From positions 359,966 through 423,965 of the forward strand of contig NMRA01000100.1 of assembly GCA_002633005.1 (NCBI GenBank): DNA of 64,000 bases, given 5' to 3'. Each line of letters starts with the position of its first letter. Position 1 is the stretch's first letter. A model generated the notes under the pieces. That model made no database searches, was not told the origin of the DNA, and was given only the letters and a program-made list of their open reading frames with translations. This DNA is from Phoronis australis (taxonomy: Eukaryota; Animalia; Phoronida). Positions 1-13,900 of this stretch are shown piece after piece. The position numbers and the translations under genes were made by a program.

Positions 1-940
1 CCCCGGCCCCCAAAGGTGAATTAAGCGTTGGTAGTTGATATTTTTTGCTTTTAAATTTATTTTAGCTCTGCACGTTTCGCTGGGATTTTTGTCATTTTGC
101 CCGAATCTTTGAAGCAACTGTTATTCGCCAATGCCGGTGGTCAACAAAGCTTCACCTCTAATTATGTCTGCATATTGTAAGGGACCACGTGCATCCTAGA
201 CCCGCTTTTCCTACGGCCCTGGCAAAATTGGGTTGCCCAGTAAAGTTGTTTAAAACGACAATAAACCCGCTTTTCATCGCAAAAACGAATTTTGATTTAG
301 ACCACATACGGTTATGATGTTGGTTTCAAACTGCCCTGTCGCCAAGAATCCATCGAAGTAGCGACAGAGACACGTGTAGTCACGTCATGTAAACATATGA
401 CCAGTAGACATTTTTTCTGCTTGAGACGAACTTAAATGCGAGCGTCTTTGGAGTTAGAGGCGAATCGGATTAAAAGGTGTCGTTGTGCATTGTGAAGATG
501 AGACAGCGAATATCCGGATCGTTCAACTAGAGTAATATACCGTTATGGAATACTCGTTTCCGTTGCAACCAACCAGAAAGATCAAATTTGACGCTGTATA
601 TCTGTGACCTACTTCGAGGAGTTCAGAATTAGATGCCCCATCTCAAAACTGATGCAACATTTTCACGGAAACCTGATAGCATGAGGGATTGTTTACACCC
701 TGATCGTAAATTGGAGGTAATTTTAGGGCTTCAAAAGAACTGATACCGAGTTCGTTATTCCTTGAAGCTAGGCACTACAAGTTTTTTGGTCACAGCTTTG
801 TGCGCGGGGTAGGCTGTAAGGGACCAGACCTCTAACGAATTGTTGAGTTGTTTGCTCATCCATATATCACTTCGCATCTAAGTAATGAACAAGTTAAGAT
901 CAGCTATACAGTGTGGTGTAAAGTTTACTTCATGGACTGG

Positions 941-1108
941 CAGTGGCGGATTTAGGGTGGGGAAGGGGGGCAAGGAGGTCATGCCCCCCTAAAATGTTCC
1001 CAAATTCCATTTGGCAGTTCGGGGGTGCGCATGTCTGACGGGAAAAATCCTGGCTAAAACTCTGCCCTGCCCCCCCCAACCCAACTCAAAATCCTGGATC
1101 CACCCCTG
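941..1108. mobile_element. Short hAT-like MITE
   Basis: Ends CAGTGGCGGATTTAG ... CTGGATCCACCCCTG form imperfect terminal inverted repeats; G-run/C-run interior; flanks gactgg/gactga resemble a degraded target-site duplication. Confidence 0.5.
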
Positions 1109-1269
1109 GACTGAATGCCGATTTAAGATCCCTTCTCAACTCTTCTCTTTTCAGGGAGTCCATTGTAATACGTTCTTGATGGAGCCGGTTCGTGTGTACT
1201 AGTCGACTCTTTCGCTCAACCTGCTTAAGAGAACTCGTCTCTCCGATTTTCTCAGTAACTGCAATGCCA

Positions 1270-1325
1270 GCATCTGGCCCCAGTTAAAGAGCCTGCATCT
1301 GGCCCCAGTTAAAGAGCCTGCATCT
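1270..1325. repeat. 25-bp tandem duplication
   Basis: gcatctggccccagttaaagagcct occurs twice, followed by gcatct. Confidence 0.9.
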
Positions 1326-4300
1326 CACGAATATTGTCTCTTGTTTGTTGATCATGGCTGTCGAAATGTACCAAGCTTTCCCAGCATTGCATTTCAACTT
1401 GATACCTGGAGTTCTTTGCTGTTTTGCTCATGCAACACGATTTATGCAAATTGTTTGTTAATTGTGCATTTAAAGGATGGGGTATTTTCTTACTGCATTT
1501 GTTCTGTACACGATTTAGAAAGTATTGTTTATGTTAAGAAGTGACAGCGTTCATAGAAGATAGTCCCAATTAACTTTTTTAGTTCACTCCGGCTAGTGGT
1601 TGAGGCTGTAGTCAATCATTTGTGTACTGAGTCACCGACTTACAGTATTGGAGGCAATGCAATGAATGTTGATCTTTAGCACAGTAAATGACAAAATCCT
1701 ATTGTCGAAGTTCTTTGATGATATATTGTTTAGAGAAGTGCAGTTATTTCATTTTTTGTTATTGTAATTGTTATTGTTGACTTTTGGGTGGTCATATCGA
1801 TTTACTCCTAGGACTATGACGCCTAAATGAATGAACTCTGTATGTGTTTTGTACATTTCGTGGGCACTATATTGCCATAGAGTGTTGAGGCACTGTACCA
1901 GTAATGTGTTGGAAGGGGGTTTCACAATGTTCTATAATGCAGTGCGAGTAATGTTAAGATAACTGTTGTTACAGTGTTAACTAATGAGGTGTAAATATTT
2001 TAACTAAAAGCTATACGAGTTTGAGAATGAGCGGAAACTTTCCAGTGTAGCTAAACTACTGTTTAAGCATGACGTCACCTTTTGTGGATGAAACGAACCC
2101 GTAACATCCAACCACGTGAGTTACACTGGAAAGGTTTGTTTTATTCTGGATACTGATACAGGCACAGTTGAAGCTGCGCGTATGCTCGACGTTTGTCTCG
2201 AAAGTTGAGTTAAGTGCAGTCGTTGGAGAACACTTCGACGAGGTCGATGTACAATGCGCTTAAATACTCTTAACATTAACAGCAATAACCTGATGATGTT
2301 TTATGTTGGGTGATTGTCACGTGACTGTGAATTTGTTTAGGTCTCGGTTCTTGGTCTTGTACGCGCAATCGTCCATTCAAGTCGCAGCACTCACGGTGCA
2401 TGCAGATAAGTACGCTACTTCCGGTCAAGGAACTGTCAGTGTTTCTGCAACATGAAGTAATTAAATATTTCATATGTTAGCGACATGTACGCTACGCCGC
2501 TGAGAAAGTTGGTCTTGTCAAAGTCTAGTGGTATGGAACGACAGCTGGAAGCTTGTGAGCGCTTCCAAGAATGGTGTAGTTTTGTATGCTGAAACGCACA
2601 AATATCTGAAACAGTCAGTGTCTCAGAATCGTTATGTAAAAACCCTTATGACAGAAGCTACATTTGATTCACTCTTCCCGGTTACTATTAACCCCGCCCC
2701 GTTAGCCTTCCTGAACATTTCATTGGTTTTCAATTACGATGGACATCCGATTTACTTTACAAACTTTTCGGATGCCTCATATATATTTAGCCAATTGACC
2801 GGGCATACGACAGACTGAATCAACATCAAAAGTGAGATTGCTCTACGGCATATAGTACATGTCGTGAATATTGTTCAGTGTTTTCACTAATCATAGTGAG
2901 TGTACTTTTGTTAGCAATGTGGTTGTAGTGCTGTTGCCTACACTTGTTATAAATACGAGTGCATGTTTTTTTTTTTAATGGCAATGATGTCACTTTGACA
3001 GAGAGGTGACCTGGGTCTGGGGTCTAATGTTGTTTTAACGAGGGTTGTTATGAATAAATCAAATGTTGATTCTTGTTAAATGATGGTTGACGTTGGAGTC
3101 GTGCCATGGCCTTGACACATTGAAAGTCAAAATTTGTTGGACCTTCGTTGATTCACTTCCCAACACGGCTGAAGCGCTAATTCATGACTCACAGACGCGA
3201 TATGAATGCTCGAAATGTACTAGTGCATTTTTGGCAAAACTGGGAACGGTTTTACTATTACAAAAATTCACATATGATCGGTATGCTGGGTTTCTCATCA
3301 TCTATTATGATTTATGTAGTTGCTTTCACAAGCTCGCTTCAGCGGAATTCCAAGGGTCGTTTTGTTACACCATTGCAGTACTTGAAGGATTAAGAACTCT
3401 AGGGCACAAATTAGATACCCCTATCCCCTTTCGCGACAATTTTGGACCTTTAAAAATGTTAATTGACCCTTCACAGTAGTCGCCACAATTTTCAACCGCT
3501 CTTTTGAGCCCGTCTGTCGGCCCATTTGGCACAAACTCAATGAAGAGTAGGTAGGGAAGTGCTGGTCCTTGCTCTCAATCTTTAGGATAGCCAGTTATTT
3601 AGCGTTGGGTATCGGTGGTAGCGTGTCAAAGAAGTGGCAACCCGCGGGGTTAGGGTTTAGACTAGTGCCCGATAGCGAGACGTACGAGGGTTCCGATCTC
3701 TTCTGTCACATAATTGGCCATACATGTAGAAATGACTAGTTACTTAGCAAGGCGGAGGCAGGTCCTTCCAATAACTTATAGGACTCGCAGGCAGATTCAG
3801 TGATTCCGTTCATCACAATTATTTTCTCTTTCTTTTTAAATTAACTTTCCATGTTTACGTCCGCTTGGTTATGGCAGCACCTTTGCAATGTCACTGTCCT
3901 CGACTAATGCACTCAGTTCGAAGTATATGTGCAACATTGGGCGGGCACCTGTCGGGAGTGACTTCCTAAACAAACTGGTGAATACAGTTGACTGTATTAG
4001 CGGCTGCACGATGTCGACTGCGTGCTGGAGGCAGGAACGAGGCTGACTAGGTGAGGGACAGCGGTAGTCGCTCTCTCTGACAAGAGTTTTTCTTATCAGT
4101 TGGTATTGTCTCGGGAACCAATTGTCCGGTTGCCCAGATATAACGTTCGTCTAGTAAAGCACTGGCGACTGACTACCGCGCCCGGCTGAAAAATAGGGAC
4201 ACCCACCTATTTACCGAGTGTATTCAAGGCGTCCCAATAATGGAATTAACACTTTTATCGAGTGGAAGCGCTTGACCAGGACAATGAGGGCATCTATTAT

Positions 4301-7204
4301 TAGAGAATTTCTAAATAGGCCTACTGGCTAAATATTATCAAAACGCCAAACCATCGTTAGTGTGTGCTAGGGCTCCACTTTGTCAAACAATTGCTGTATG
4401 CGTAAGATTTGGAGTTGTTTGGGTGCAACGAGGTGAAGGCGACGGATGCCGCTTCGTTTATACATAAATTGATATTCAGGAGTTTTAGAAACACGTGATT
4501 ATATTTTCTCTGCAATTGGAGTTTGTTAAGAAACAGTTTTGTTATTGAAAAATACATAACGTTTTTAGAAAATACTTCTCAGAGAGTAATCCTCTCTAAG
4601 AACGGGGAATGTCGTAGTATAACTGCTGCGGCAATCCATCCGCACTCTCAGGCTTATAGCACAAGTGGGTTAAACACTGACTGGAAATATTTCCTCCCAC
4701 AGTCAAATAAGTTAACATCTGCTGAACATTCTTGAAATGATCGGATAAAACCAGTCGAATATGTCATTTTCTGGGATATGTTGACCAGGAATCGTGTGAT
4801 GATGATGAAATCTGTGAAGTACTGAGGCGAGTTCTTGTGTTCAGGCAGAAGTTCTTACTCAAAGCAGAAGTATTTGGTGAGCACTTCAATAGGCGCGTAT
4901 ATGTCTCAAGGGGTACTCGACTCCGGAAACCTTGGATGAGATGCTGTCTGTAGGTGTCCTAGCCTGTCCGCAGCGCCTCCTTCACAGCAGAGTGCCGCCC
5001 ATGTCACAGGTAATGACCGCGCGAGTGTTAGGCCTACTTCGTTGCCATCGGAGAAGCCACGTTTTATATCATTACCTTGCGTAGCATTAGGGAAGGGTTA
5101 GAGTGGTCTGAATCTATGATTTTGACAGCCGTCTTGACAATGTGCAGAACTCGTGCCTACCGACAGCCAAACATAATGAGTCTCAACCGATTAGTCGACT
5201 CTGAAGACCTCCGACAATGATTCTGAAGGCCATCTTGAAAAATGGCGGAATGCATCACCACAGCCATCAGTTCAAACTTATTTTCAGTGTACTTGTTGAC
5301 CTTCAAAACATGTACAAACTTTTTCAATCTTTACTCCATCGCATGCCATCGTCGAGTTATATCGGAGGCCTCTCATTCGGTGTCATTTTTGTGCCATCTT
5401 AAGCAACTTGCACCACATCAATTTCAGTGGACTTTTTTCTCACATTGTAAGTGCAGGCAATACCATGTACGCCGCAATGAAAATCTCTTGCATTTTTCCA
5501 CGTCATCCGTAGAATGACTGGATTATATAAATACGGATGCAGCTTTAGACATGTGCACAAAGGTTCTGTAATGATTCCGTTGATTTGACGAAAATGAAAG
5601 ATCATTGACATATCTGACTGCGCCGCACGTAGCCTACCAGCACTTACAAACCGTTCAACTGCATAAGCTGAACAATTAATATGGTTTACGTAGGCCTACT
5701 TGGCTGCGGCCCAATGACCTAGTACTTACATTTACAATCGGTGGAGTTCTCGTAGATCTAGTGCAGTCAACGTTGAAAAATGCACGCATGCACCGCACGA
5801 GTATTAACAATAACATCAAATCCAGTTGCAACCGGACTTCACAGAGCATTATTGACTGGCAAAAGGTCAATGCACCCAACTCGCGATACTACCAGGAAGG
5901 AATTAACAGGGGGTACTCATGCATTTAATCTACATTTTTGATATCTTCATATGCTATTTACGTACTTGACTATTTTTATTTTTCCCACGTCGGCTTTTTC
6001 GCCGCCATATTGCAAAGCAACTTGGAAATTTGTTGAAAAACCTTGGTATCTGGAATATCTGTCATTGATACTATGCACGGAGAGGTGTAAATATCCGACA
6101 AAAGTGTGTGAGGCCCCCCATGGAAAGCAACTGATGTGAACCGATGGGGCTACTCTCATTGTAAATATTACATTAAATAAATAAAAAGAAATAGGACTGG
6201 TCGGTCGGCCACCAGTCCCACGTCTGGGCGAATTTCGGTGTTCTGAAGTTAAAAAATAAAATAATGAGAAAACGAAGAAACGTCAAGTCAAACCTGTTGC
6301 AGAGAAAAACTACCGAAATAATAATTGGTTCAAACAACATTTCCAAGACGTTCAGGGTGCTGACATGTTTGAATGAGATTGTATTAATTTTCATAAAGAT
6401 GGGTGAGATGGTAGTGTAGCATATCCTATTCAGAGATGAACGGCCATCGACAACAAAGTTAATCTACACAAAAAATGAAATGTAACTTATATATGAGTGT
6501 CAAGAATTCAATACTTTTTGTTGTTCCCAAGACAAAATTCTGCCTTACGTGGCCCGTTTCGTCACTACATTTGGAAGCCATTTTGTTTGCAATATTTCTT
6601 ATAGCTGGAAATACGGGAGCAGCACACCGTAATTTTACTACTCCGAGGATTCACTAAGAATACTCCGAAGGTTTCGTACTCACAAAATATAAAGCATTTC
6701 GGACTCGGTGTATGTATTGTGAAAGCGTCACGTGACCACCTTCGAAGCGTTTGGTTTTTATCAGAGATGACATCAACTAAGCCTCTCAAATGAGAACACT
6801 AGAAGTAAAATGAGAGATTGATTTTCACGATATGTAAGGCACGTTTGATAAACCATGTCCCCCCGAGTTACGCACTTTACCATCTACTTTGTAAAAACAA
6901 AATGGCCGCACAAAAATTAGGAATTTACGCGCGTTCCTCGATCGGACCATTGTAACAGGGGATAGAGTTCGCGAAATTCAGTATTTTATGCCAACATAAG
7001 TAGCCAGTTAATCATTACTATCCAACCGATGATGTCCCGTTCAACACCACCGAAATCTGTTTTCTAGCTTGAACTCTGGCTACAAGTAAATTCCCAGTCC
7101 TAGACATTCTGGTGATATTAACCGACGCGCAGGAAACATCGTCTTTAATTCTTTAGTTCCTACATCAAAACTGGTCAGAGGCGACCAGAATTTTGTCTAT
7201 GAAT

Positions 7205-7532
7205 CATAGGCGGATTTAGGGGGTGTGGGGCAGGAGGCCCGCCTCCACACACCCCCTTGGCTGCCGCACTGAAAAGAATAAAACAGCAAGAGCGTGAAGA
7301 AATATTGGTAACTCCGGTAACTAATATGCGGCTGCGGGGGGAGGCAAGTGTTTGTTTCAGACGACCAGCGCAATCGTTTACCCGTTTTTTTTTTTAGTCC
7401 TCTGTTTGTTTTTTAGTAGTATTATGTCCACATCCTCAGAAAGTCGAGCACCCTATCTTTTAGGCTGGGTGCGCCCGATTGCCCGAGACATAATGCCCCC
7501 CCCCCCTTTACCATATCCTAGATTCGCCACTG
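7205..7532. mobile_element. hAT-like MITE related to 941-1108
   Basis: CATAGGCGGATTTAGG ... CCTAGATTCGCCACTG inverted termini; flanks tgaat/cgaat. Confidence 0.5.
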
Positions 7533-9186
7533 CGAATGGTCAATTAGGTCAACAGATCAGTTACGCAAGCATGTCTCTGCTACCATTATGGTAACTGCAG
7601 ACGAAGAGCTGCGAGCAAAGCTGTTTGCCTGAAGTGAACTATAGCTGAGTGATCTGAGCTGAGCTGAGCCCAGAGCTCATGCCAACTGTGTGAAAATACA
7701 ACTGAATGAACCACTGGCTAGTTCATTCTGGCAACGTGGTTCACTCAGCTGTTCTCTGCTTGACCTGAGCTGTCAGCTCAGCTATCATTCAATTGTGGCA
7801 GACGGCTCAGATCGTTGCTCGCTGTCTACGGTCATCCAAATTGGGGACATCATTGAGAAAATTCGACATTATGGTATACCTGATGCTCTGCAATACACTT
7901 TCATTATTTTATTTACATTCAAATATTACAGATTGCCACACATGGGAAGTAAAAGAATGACGACCTTAGCAACAAGTCTGGTCATCAACAGAAATAATCT
8001 AAAAAACTGTAAAATTTAACTCTGAAAGGAGAAAAGCCTGTACAGTTTGATTGTTTGCCATTAGTTGGGGTAGGTGACCACGGCTTTTAAGCAAAATTCA
8101 TCCAAAAAGAAATGTACATTCACAGCAAAACTACAGCATCACTAACACGACCAAATTTCATTCCACAGAATAGTTCAAGATGCTGAAATCTCAAAGCAAT
8201 AGTTACAGTTTTCAAACTTATCATTTCGTTTTTGTTTTATGCAATTTCTGAGTTTATCCAAAAAATACTCTTTCATAATCATGAAGTCCTACTTTTAATT
8301 TCCCTAGTGGAAAAATAGAACATTTTAAAAACAAAAATTCCTAATAGCGTTTTGGAGAACTGCGCAAAAAGCACGGTACCTGAAAGTTTCATATGAACCG
8401 GATCAGCCATTTCTGAGATATGATGTTCCGAAGTTAGCCAAATCATTTGTGATTTTTCTAGGGTCTCACATAATCTTAAACACCGATATATATTTAGGTC
8501 AAATAACAAACAAATGCTGTTCGTCCTCAGTCAGGCTAGTTTGGTCTCAGAAACAAGAGCATTTTTCATACCTTGATACATGAGAAATAAAAAGATCCAT
8601 TTCTAAAAATACAAAAAAATAACCCAGCCTGCTTAGAGCCACACCCAACTCAATTTGGCATGTTTTCAAATAGTACATATTTCCAACAAAGTGCCCATCC
8701 AACACTAGAAATAACAACTTTTCCAATCAGCACTTCATACAAATTACAAACTCAACTATATGCAGAAACAGAACTCAACGAAATTTTGGAATGCTCAGTT
8801 GCAGTATTACCTGGCAAGACACGCCACTGAACAAGTTTCGTTCATGACCCCCCGCACCCACACTCAGTGCCTACAGAAAACGCACAAACAGACTGAAATT
8901 TCGGTTTTTATGGGTGACCAATGGTGCTGAGCTGTTAAGAGACAAAACAATCATTCCAGCATCAAATACATTTGACGGTTCTGACCCTGGCAGCTGCTTA
9001 TCAGCAATTAGATTGGAATCTTTTATAGCTAATACTCCAGTTTTAACCAGACTAAACAACGTTGCCATAATATAAACATGTTCTGCTGTGACAACGAGCG
9101 GCCCAAATAAAGAGTCAGTTTTTCTTCATGACATCAGCAACAGAGGCCTGGCGAGGACAAATACACATCACAAAAACCAGATCCAT

Positions 9187-10059
9187 TCATGACTTTTTAG
9201 ATAATGCCAGACCTGCCAATGCTCCTATTGCCGCCACCGCACCAATGCCAACAGCAGCAGCACCACCAAGAAGAGCCATACCAATCAGACCATCTGAAAC
9301 AATATGAGACACAATTTCAATTTTGACCATGCAATGGATGTCAGTGTTGATGCTGAAGTTCAAAGATTCTCAGTGAAAGTGAGTTGTAGCCATCTTCTAG
9401 ACAACAAATAACCAGCCTAGGCAGTCAGCTGGACCTGATATACACCACTGTTTAGATTTCACTAACAAAAAGTGTTATACAGCCAGTTCTGTGATGATTG
9501 CGACAATTTGTCAAAAAATTCTGATAACTGGACAAACAAACAAAAGCATGATTATTTTTAGCTTGAAAGGCCTTTAAAGTTAGTCATTTCAACCAAATAG
9601 TATAGGCGTAAGATTGGAAGAATTTGATGGCTGGGGGGAGTGCTCAATTTTCAATTTTATTTTCAAATGAAGTTTGTAAGTTGAAACTTTGATCAATTGT
9701 TAACAAAATTGGCACTTATTAACTCGCGGAATATTTGGGGTGGCGGAAACCTATCTATACCCACCCCCACCAACATTTTGATTGATGGGGCGTTTGTTCC
9801 CTTGTGCCCCCACTTCTTATGTCTATCAGTAGTGGGAGATTCAAAAGAGGAGTGCTTTGTTGGATATTAAAACTGACCCGGCTGCAGGTACATGTATTAT
9901 TATACAGCTCTCTGAGGACAAATAACAGAAGCAAGCAGACAATGAAAGTTCACCTTTCTTCATTCGTTTTTCTATAAGAACTTTCAGTTGCATTGCCTGG
10001 TGGTTTTGTGGTTCAACGTGCAAAATTGCATTGGTATATTTCGACGCTTTGTTGTAATC
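9187..10059 (-). CDS. FIS1: Second copy of FIS1 exons 4-5 (probably the other haplotype)
   Basis: Exons 10059-9954 and 9293-9187 lie in block 8424-10141, which repeats 10143-11860 across a single N at 10142. Splice sites intact; two amino-acid differences (A>T in exon 4, V>L in the TM exon). Confidence 0.75.
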
Positions 10060-10906
10060 CTAGATAAAGAAAACAACAAACAGCAATGAGAACATTCGAG
10101 TGACTCAAACAGAAATGTCAAGACAATCTTTCACATTTGCANTGTTCCGAAGTTAGCCAAATCATTTGTGATTTTTCTAGGGTCTCACATAATCTTAAAC
10201 ACCGATATATATTTAGGTCAAATAACAAACAAATGCTGTTCGTCCTCAGTCAGGCTAGTTTGGTCTCAGAAACAAGAGCATTTTTCATACCTTGATACAT
10301 GAGAAATAAAAAGGTCCATTTCTAAAAATACAAAAAAATAACCCAGCCTGCTTAGAGCCACACCCAACTCAATTTGGCATGTTTTCAAATAGTACATATT
10401 TCCAACAAAGTGCCCATCCAACACTAGAAATAACAACTTTTCCAATCAGCACTTCATACAAATTACAAACTCAACTATATGCAGAAACAGAACTCAACGA
10501 AATTTTGGAATGCTCAGTTGCAGTATTACCTGGCAAGACACGCCACTGAACAAGTTTCGTTCATGACCCCCCGCACCCACACTCAGTGCCTACAGAAAAC
10601 GCACAAACAGACTGAAATTTCGATTTTTATGGGTGACCAATGGTGCTGAGCTGTTAAGAGACAAAACAATCATTCCAGCATCAAATGCATTTGATGGTTC
10701 TGACCCTGGCAGCTGCTTATCAGCAATTAGATTCGAATCTTTTATAGCTAATACTCCAGTTTTAACCAGACTAAACAACGTTGACATAATATAAACATGT
10801 TCTGCTGTGACAACGAGCTGACCCACATGAAGAGTCAGTTTTTCTTCATGACATCAGCAACAGAGGCCTGGCGAGGACAAATACACATCACAAAAACGAG
10901 ATCCAT

Positions 10907-13900
10907 TCATGACTTTTTAGATAATGCCAGACCTGCCAATGCTCCTATTGCCGCCACCGCACCAATGCCAACAGCAGCAGCACCACCAAGCACAGCCATA
11001 CCAATCAGACCATCTGAAACAATATGAGACACAATTTCAATTTTGACCATGCAAAGGATGTCAGTGTTGATGCTGAAGTTCACAGATTCTCAGTGAAAAT
11101 GAGTTGTAGCCATCTTCTAGACAACAAATAACCAGCCTAGCCAGTCAGCTGGACCTGATATACACCACTGTTTAGATTTCACTAACAAAAAGTGTTATAC
11201 AGCCAGTTCTGTGATGATTGCGACAATTTGTCATAAAATTCTGATAACTGGACAAACAAACAAAAGCATGATTATTTTTAGCTTGAAAGTCCTTTAAAGT
11301 TAGTCATTTCAACCAAATAGCATAGGTGTAGGATTGGGAGAATTTGATGGCTGGGGGGAGTGCTCAATTTTCATTTTTATTTTCAAATGAAGTTTGTAAG
11401 TTGAAACTTTGATCAATTGTTAACAAAATTGGCACTTATTAACACGCAGAATATTTGGGGTGGCGGAAACCTATCTATGCCCACCCCCCACCAACATTTT
11501 GGTTGAGGGAGCGCTTGGTCCCTTGTGCCCCACTTCCTACGTCTATGAATAGTGGGAGATTCAAAAGAGGAGTGCTTTGTTGGATATTAAAACTGACCCG
11601 GCTGCAGGTACATGTATTATTATACAGCTCTCTGAGGACAAATAACAGAAGCAGGCAGACAATGAGAGTTCACCTTTCTTCATTCGTTTTTCTATAAGAA
11701 CTTTCAGTTGCATTGCCTGGTGGTTCTGTGGTTCAACGTGCAAAATTGCATTGGCATATTTCGACGCTTTGTTGTAATCCTAGAAAAAGAAAACAACAAA
11801 CAGCAATGAGCACATTCGAGTGACTCTAACAGAAATGTCAAGACATCTTTTGTATTTGCATGAATGAACCACCCATAGATATAACAAGCAATAAGAAATT
11901 GTCAAATTCAGACAAGTGCTACAAGGTGTAATAGCAGAATAACACTTTAAGAATAGGTCACAAAAAGCATAGTTGGTTCTGGTCTTTTTGAAAATCGAGT
12001 CGGCGGTGTGGTATACTCACTTTTTCAAAAATGTATATCCACCAGGAGACAAACAGAAATGATGCGGGATTTGTATTTATTCATTGCTTGGCAAATCATG
12101 GTGCTTCAAACCTTCTTCACCCTTGATTTTGTGCCTTTGTGCAGTTTTCAAAAACAACCAACAGACTTTGGATGAAATTGATGTGGGAGGGCCACTTCAT
12201 TTTTAGTCAGGTAGCAGAGATCTCAACAAAATAAGTCAGGTAGCAGAGATCTCAACAAAATAAGTCAAGGTATAGGCCAAAGCCAACTGCTTTTTGACCT
12301 TAGAGGACATTGAATGAAGACAGAAAGAGAGAATCTGTCATTGTTAATGATAAAAAATATTTCAGGTCATACAATACTGTAAATGCCTATTGAGGAGGTA
12401 AATAATCAATATCTGACCTTTTATTGGAACAACTAATGATGGGTAGTGCACATTTATGAAAAATATGAGCAGACTGAAAACAAAATTTACATGTAAGAAT
12501 AATAACATAAACAAAACCTCACTCCATTTTTCTTTTACAGCTATCAAAGAAACTCTATAGGAGGACTACTCACTTTTAACCGGAGACAACCTATCGCTAA
12601 GTAGTACAGATAGTCTCTTTTCGCGTGATCGTCGCGACTGTTTTTGTACAGACCTTGGGAAAGAAATTTATTCAGTTAATCAATAGGTACTGAAGGATAG
12701 AACCAGAGCCAGGGGTGACGGAGAAGACAGTGTGGCCTAGTGTGATAGGTGCCCGCTTTCTTTACTCGAGGTTCGATTCCCACTTGGTCACAATGCTAAG
12801 CCCTTGAGTCAAGTTTCCAGCTTCTAAGCTAAGTTTTAACTACAAATTAATGAAGCACAAAAATGATTCCAGGTGATCAGTGCAATGGGCCCACATGCGC
12901 CTGGTACAACGTGTATCAGACTGTCTGTGATTGTTTTAAAAAAATCCTAATTCATACAAAAATTAAGACTCATTTTTTTGCTTCACATAATCATGTTTCC
13001 TTTGGTTTTTGAACTCATTATTTTGATCTGCACGTTTCTACCCCACCTTGTTTCTTGTTGGCACAACTTATGTTTGTTTAATTCCCCCGTTCTCACTTGG
13101 TTGTGAAGTCACATGTGCTGTTCTTTGTGAGTATTCGGAGGATATCTCGGGTGTTTGTCTTTCATCTTTGTGTTTTCTTTTGTCATGTGTTTTAACTTCC
13201 CCAAAACTTATTGTTATATTTAGCCTGTTTTTGCACTTCCAGTCTGAGGAAGAGCGCAGTGTTCTGAATGTTTATTTTTTAATATATCTGCACCATCTAC
13301 TTGTATATTCGTCTTTCATTGAATCCATTTCAATTGAAAACATTAAGCAACCACACCACAACCACACACAGTCAATGACAAGTCGAGGTGTACAGCCATT
13401 CAGGCTACGTTCTCACTCGGGACCACCAGAAAAAAGCCAGGGACTAACAGGCCCTCGCGGGTTTCCCAACTAAGCAGGATACGGGGACAAAATTGCAGTT
13501 TTGTTACATAACTTCGACTAAGGTCTATAGCCTTGCACATGGAGAATCAACACGAGGCTTTTCAAACCTCAAGTTGTGCAGTAGCAGTTTAGCATCATGT
13601 CATCAGGGGAAGTGCAACAAAATTACATCTTGCTTCTAATCTTGCAAATGTAACATCAGGCGTCAATGATCTACGCACTATATGCTTCAAGGTACTCAAG
13701 TGTTGTCTAATTACTACTTCTCCAAGTCTCATTTCACACTCAAAAATGGTGGCTTTGAACGTTTTAAATTATTTTAGTAATGGCTGAACAGCAGAAAACC
13801 AAAGGCAATTAACAACTGGCCTTATATCTGAAAAACGACATGCCCTACATTCGAATACGAGGCCATATACATATACTAAATGCTTAATTGAACGCTCCCA

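Noticed and set aside
3087-3479. 130-aa ORF and other 60-140 aa ORFs in 1-8 kb, 35-39 kb and 56-63 kb
   Set aside because: No recognisable domains or splice-consistent structure; expected by chance or derived from repeats.
4796-4830. C box (gtgatga) and D box (ctga) pair
   Set aside because: Only about 35 nt in total, no host intron and no guide sequence.
13244-13272. Penelope-type minimal hammerhead (ctgagga-agagc-gcagt-gttct-gaatg)
   Set aside because: GAAA core is broken; at most a decayed remnant.
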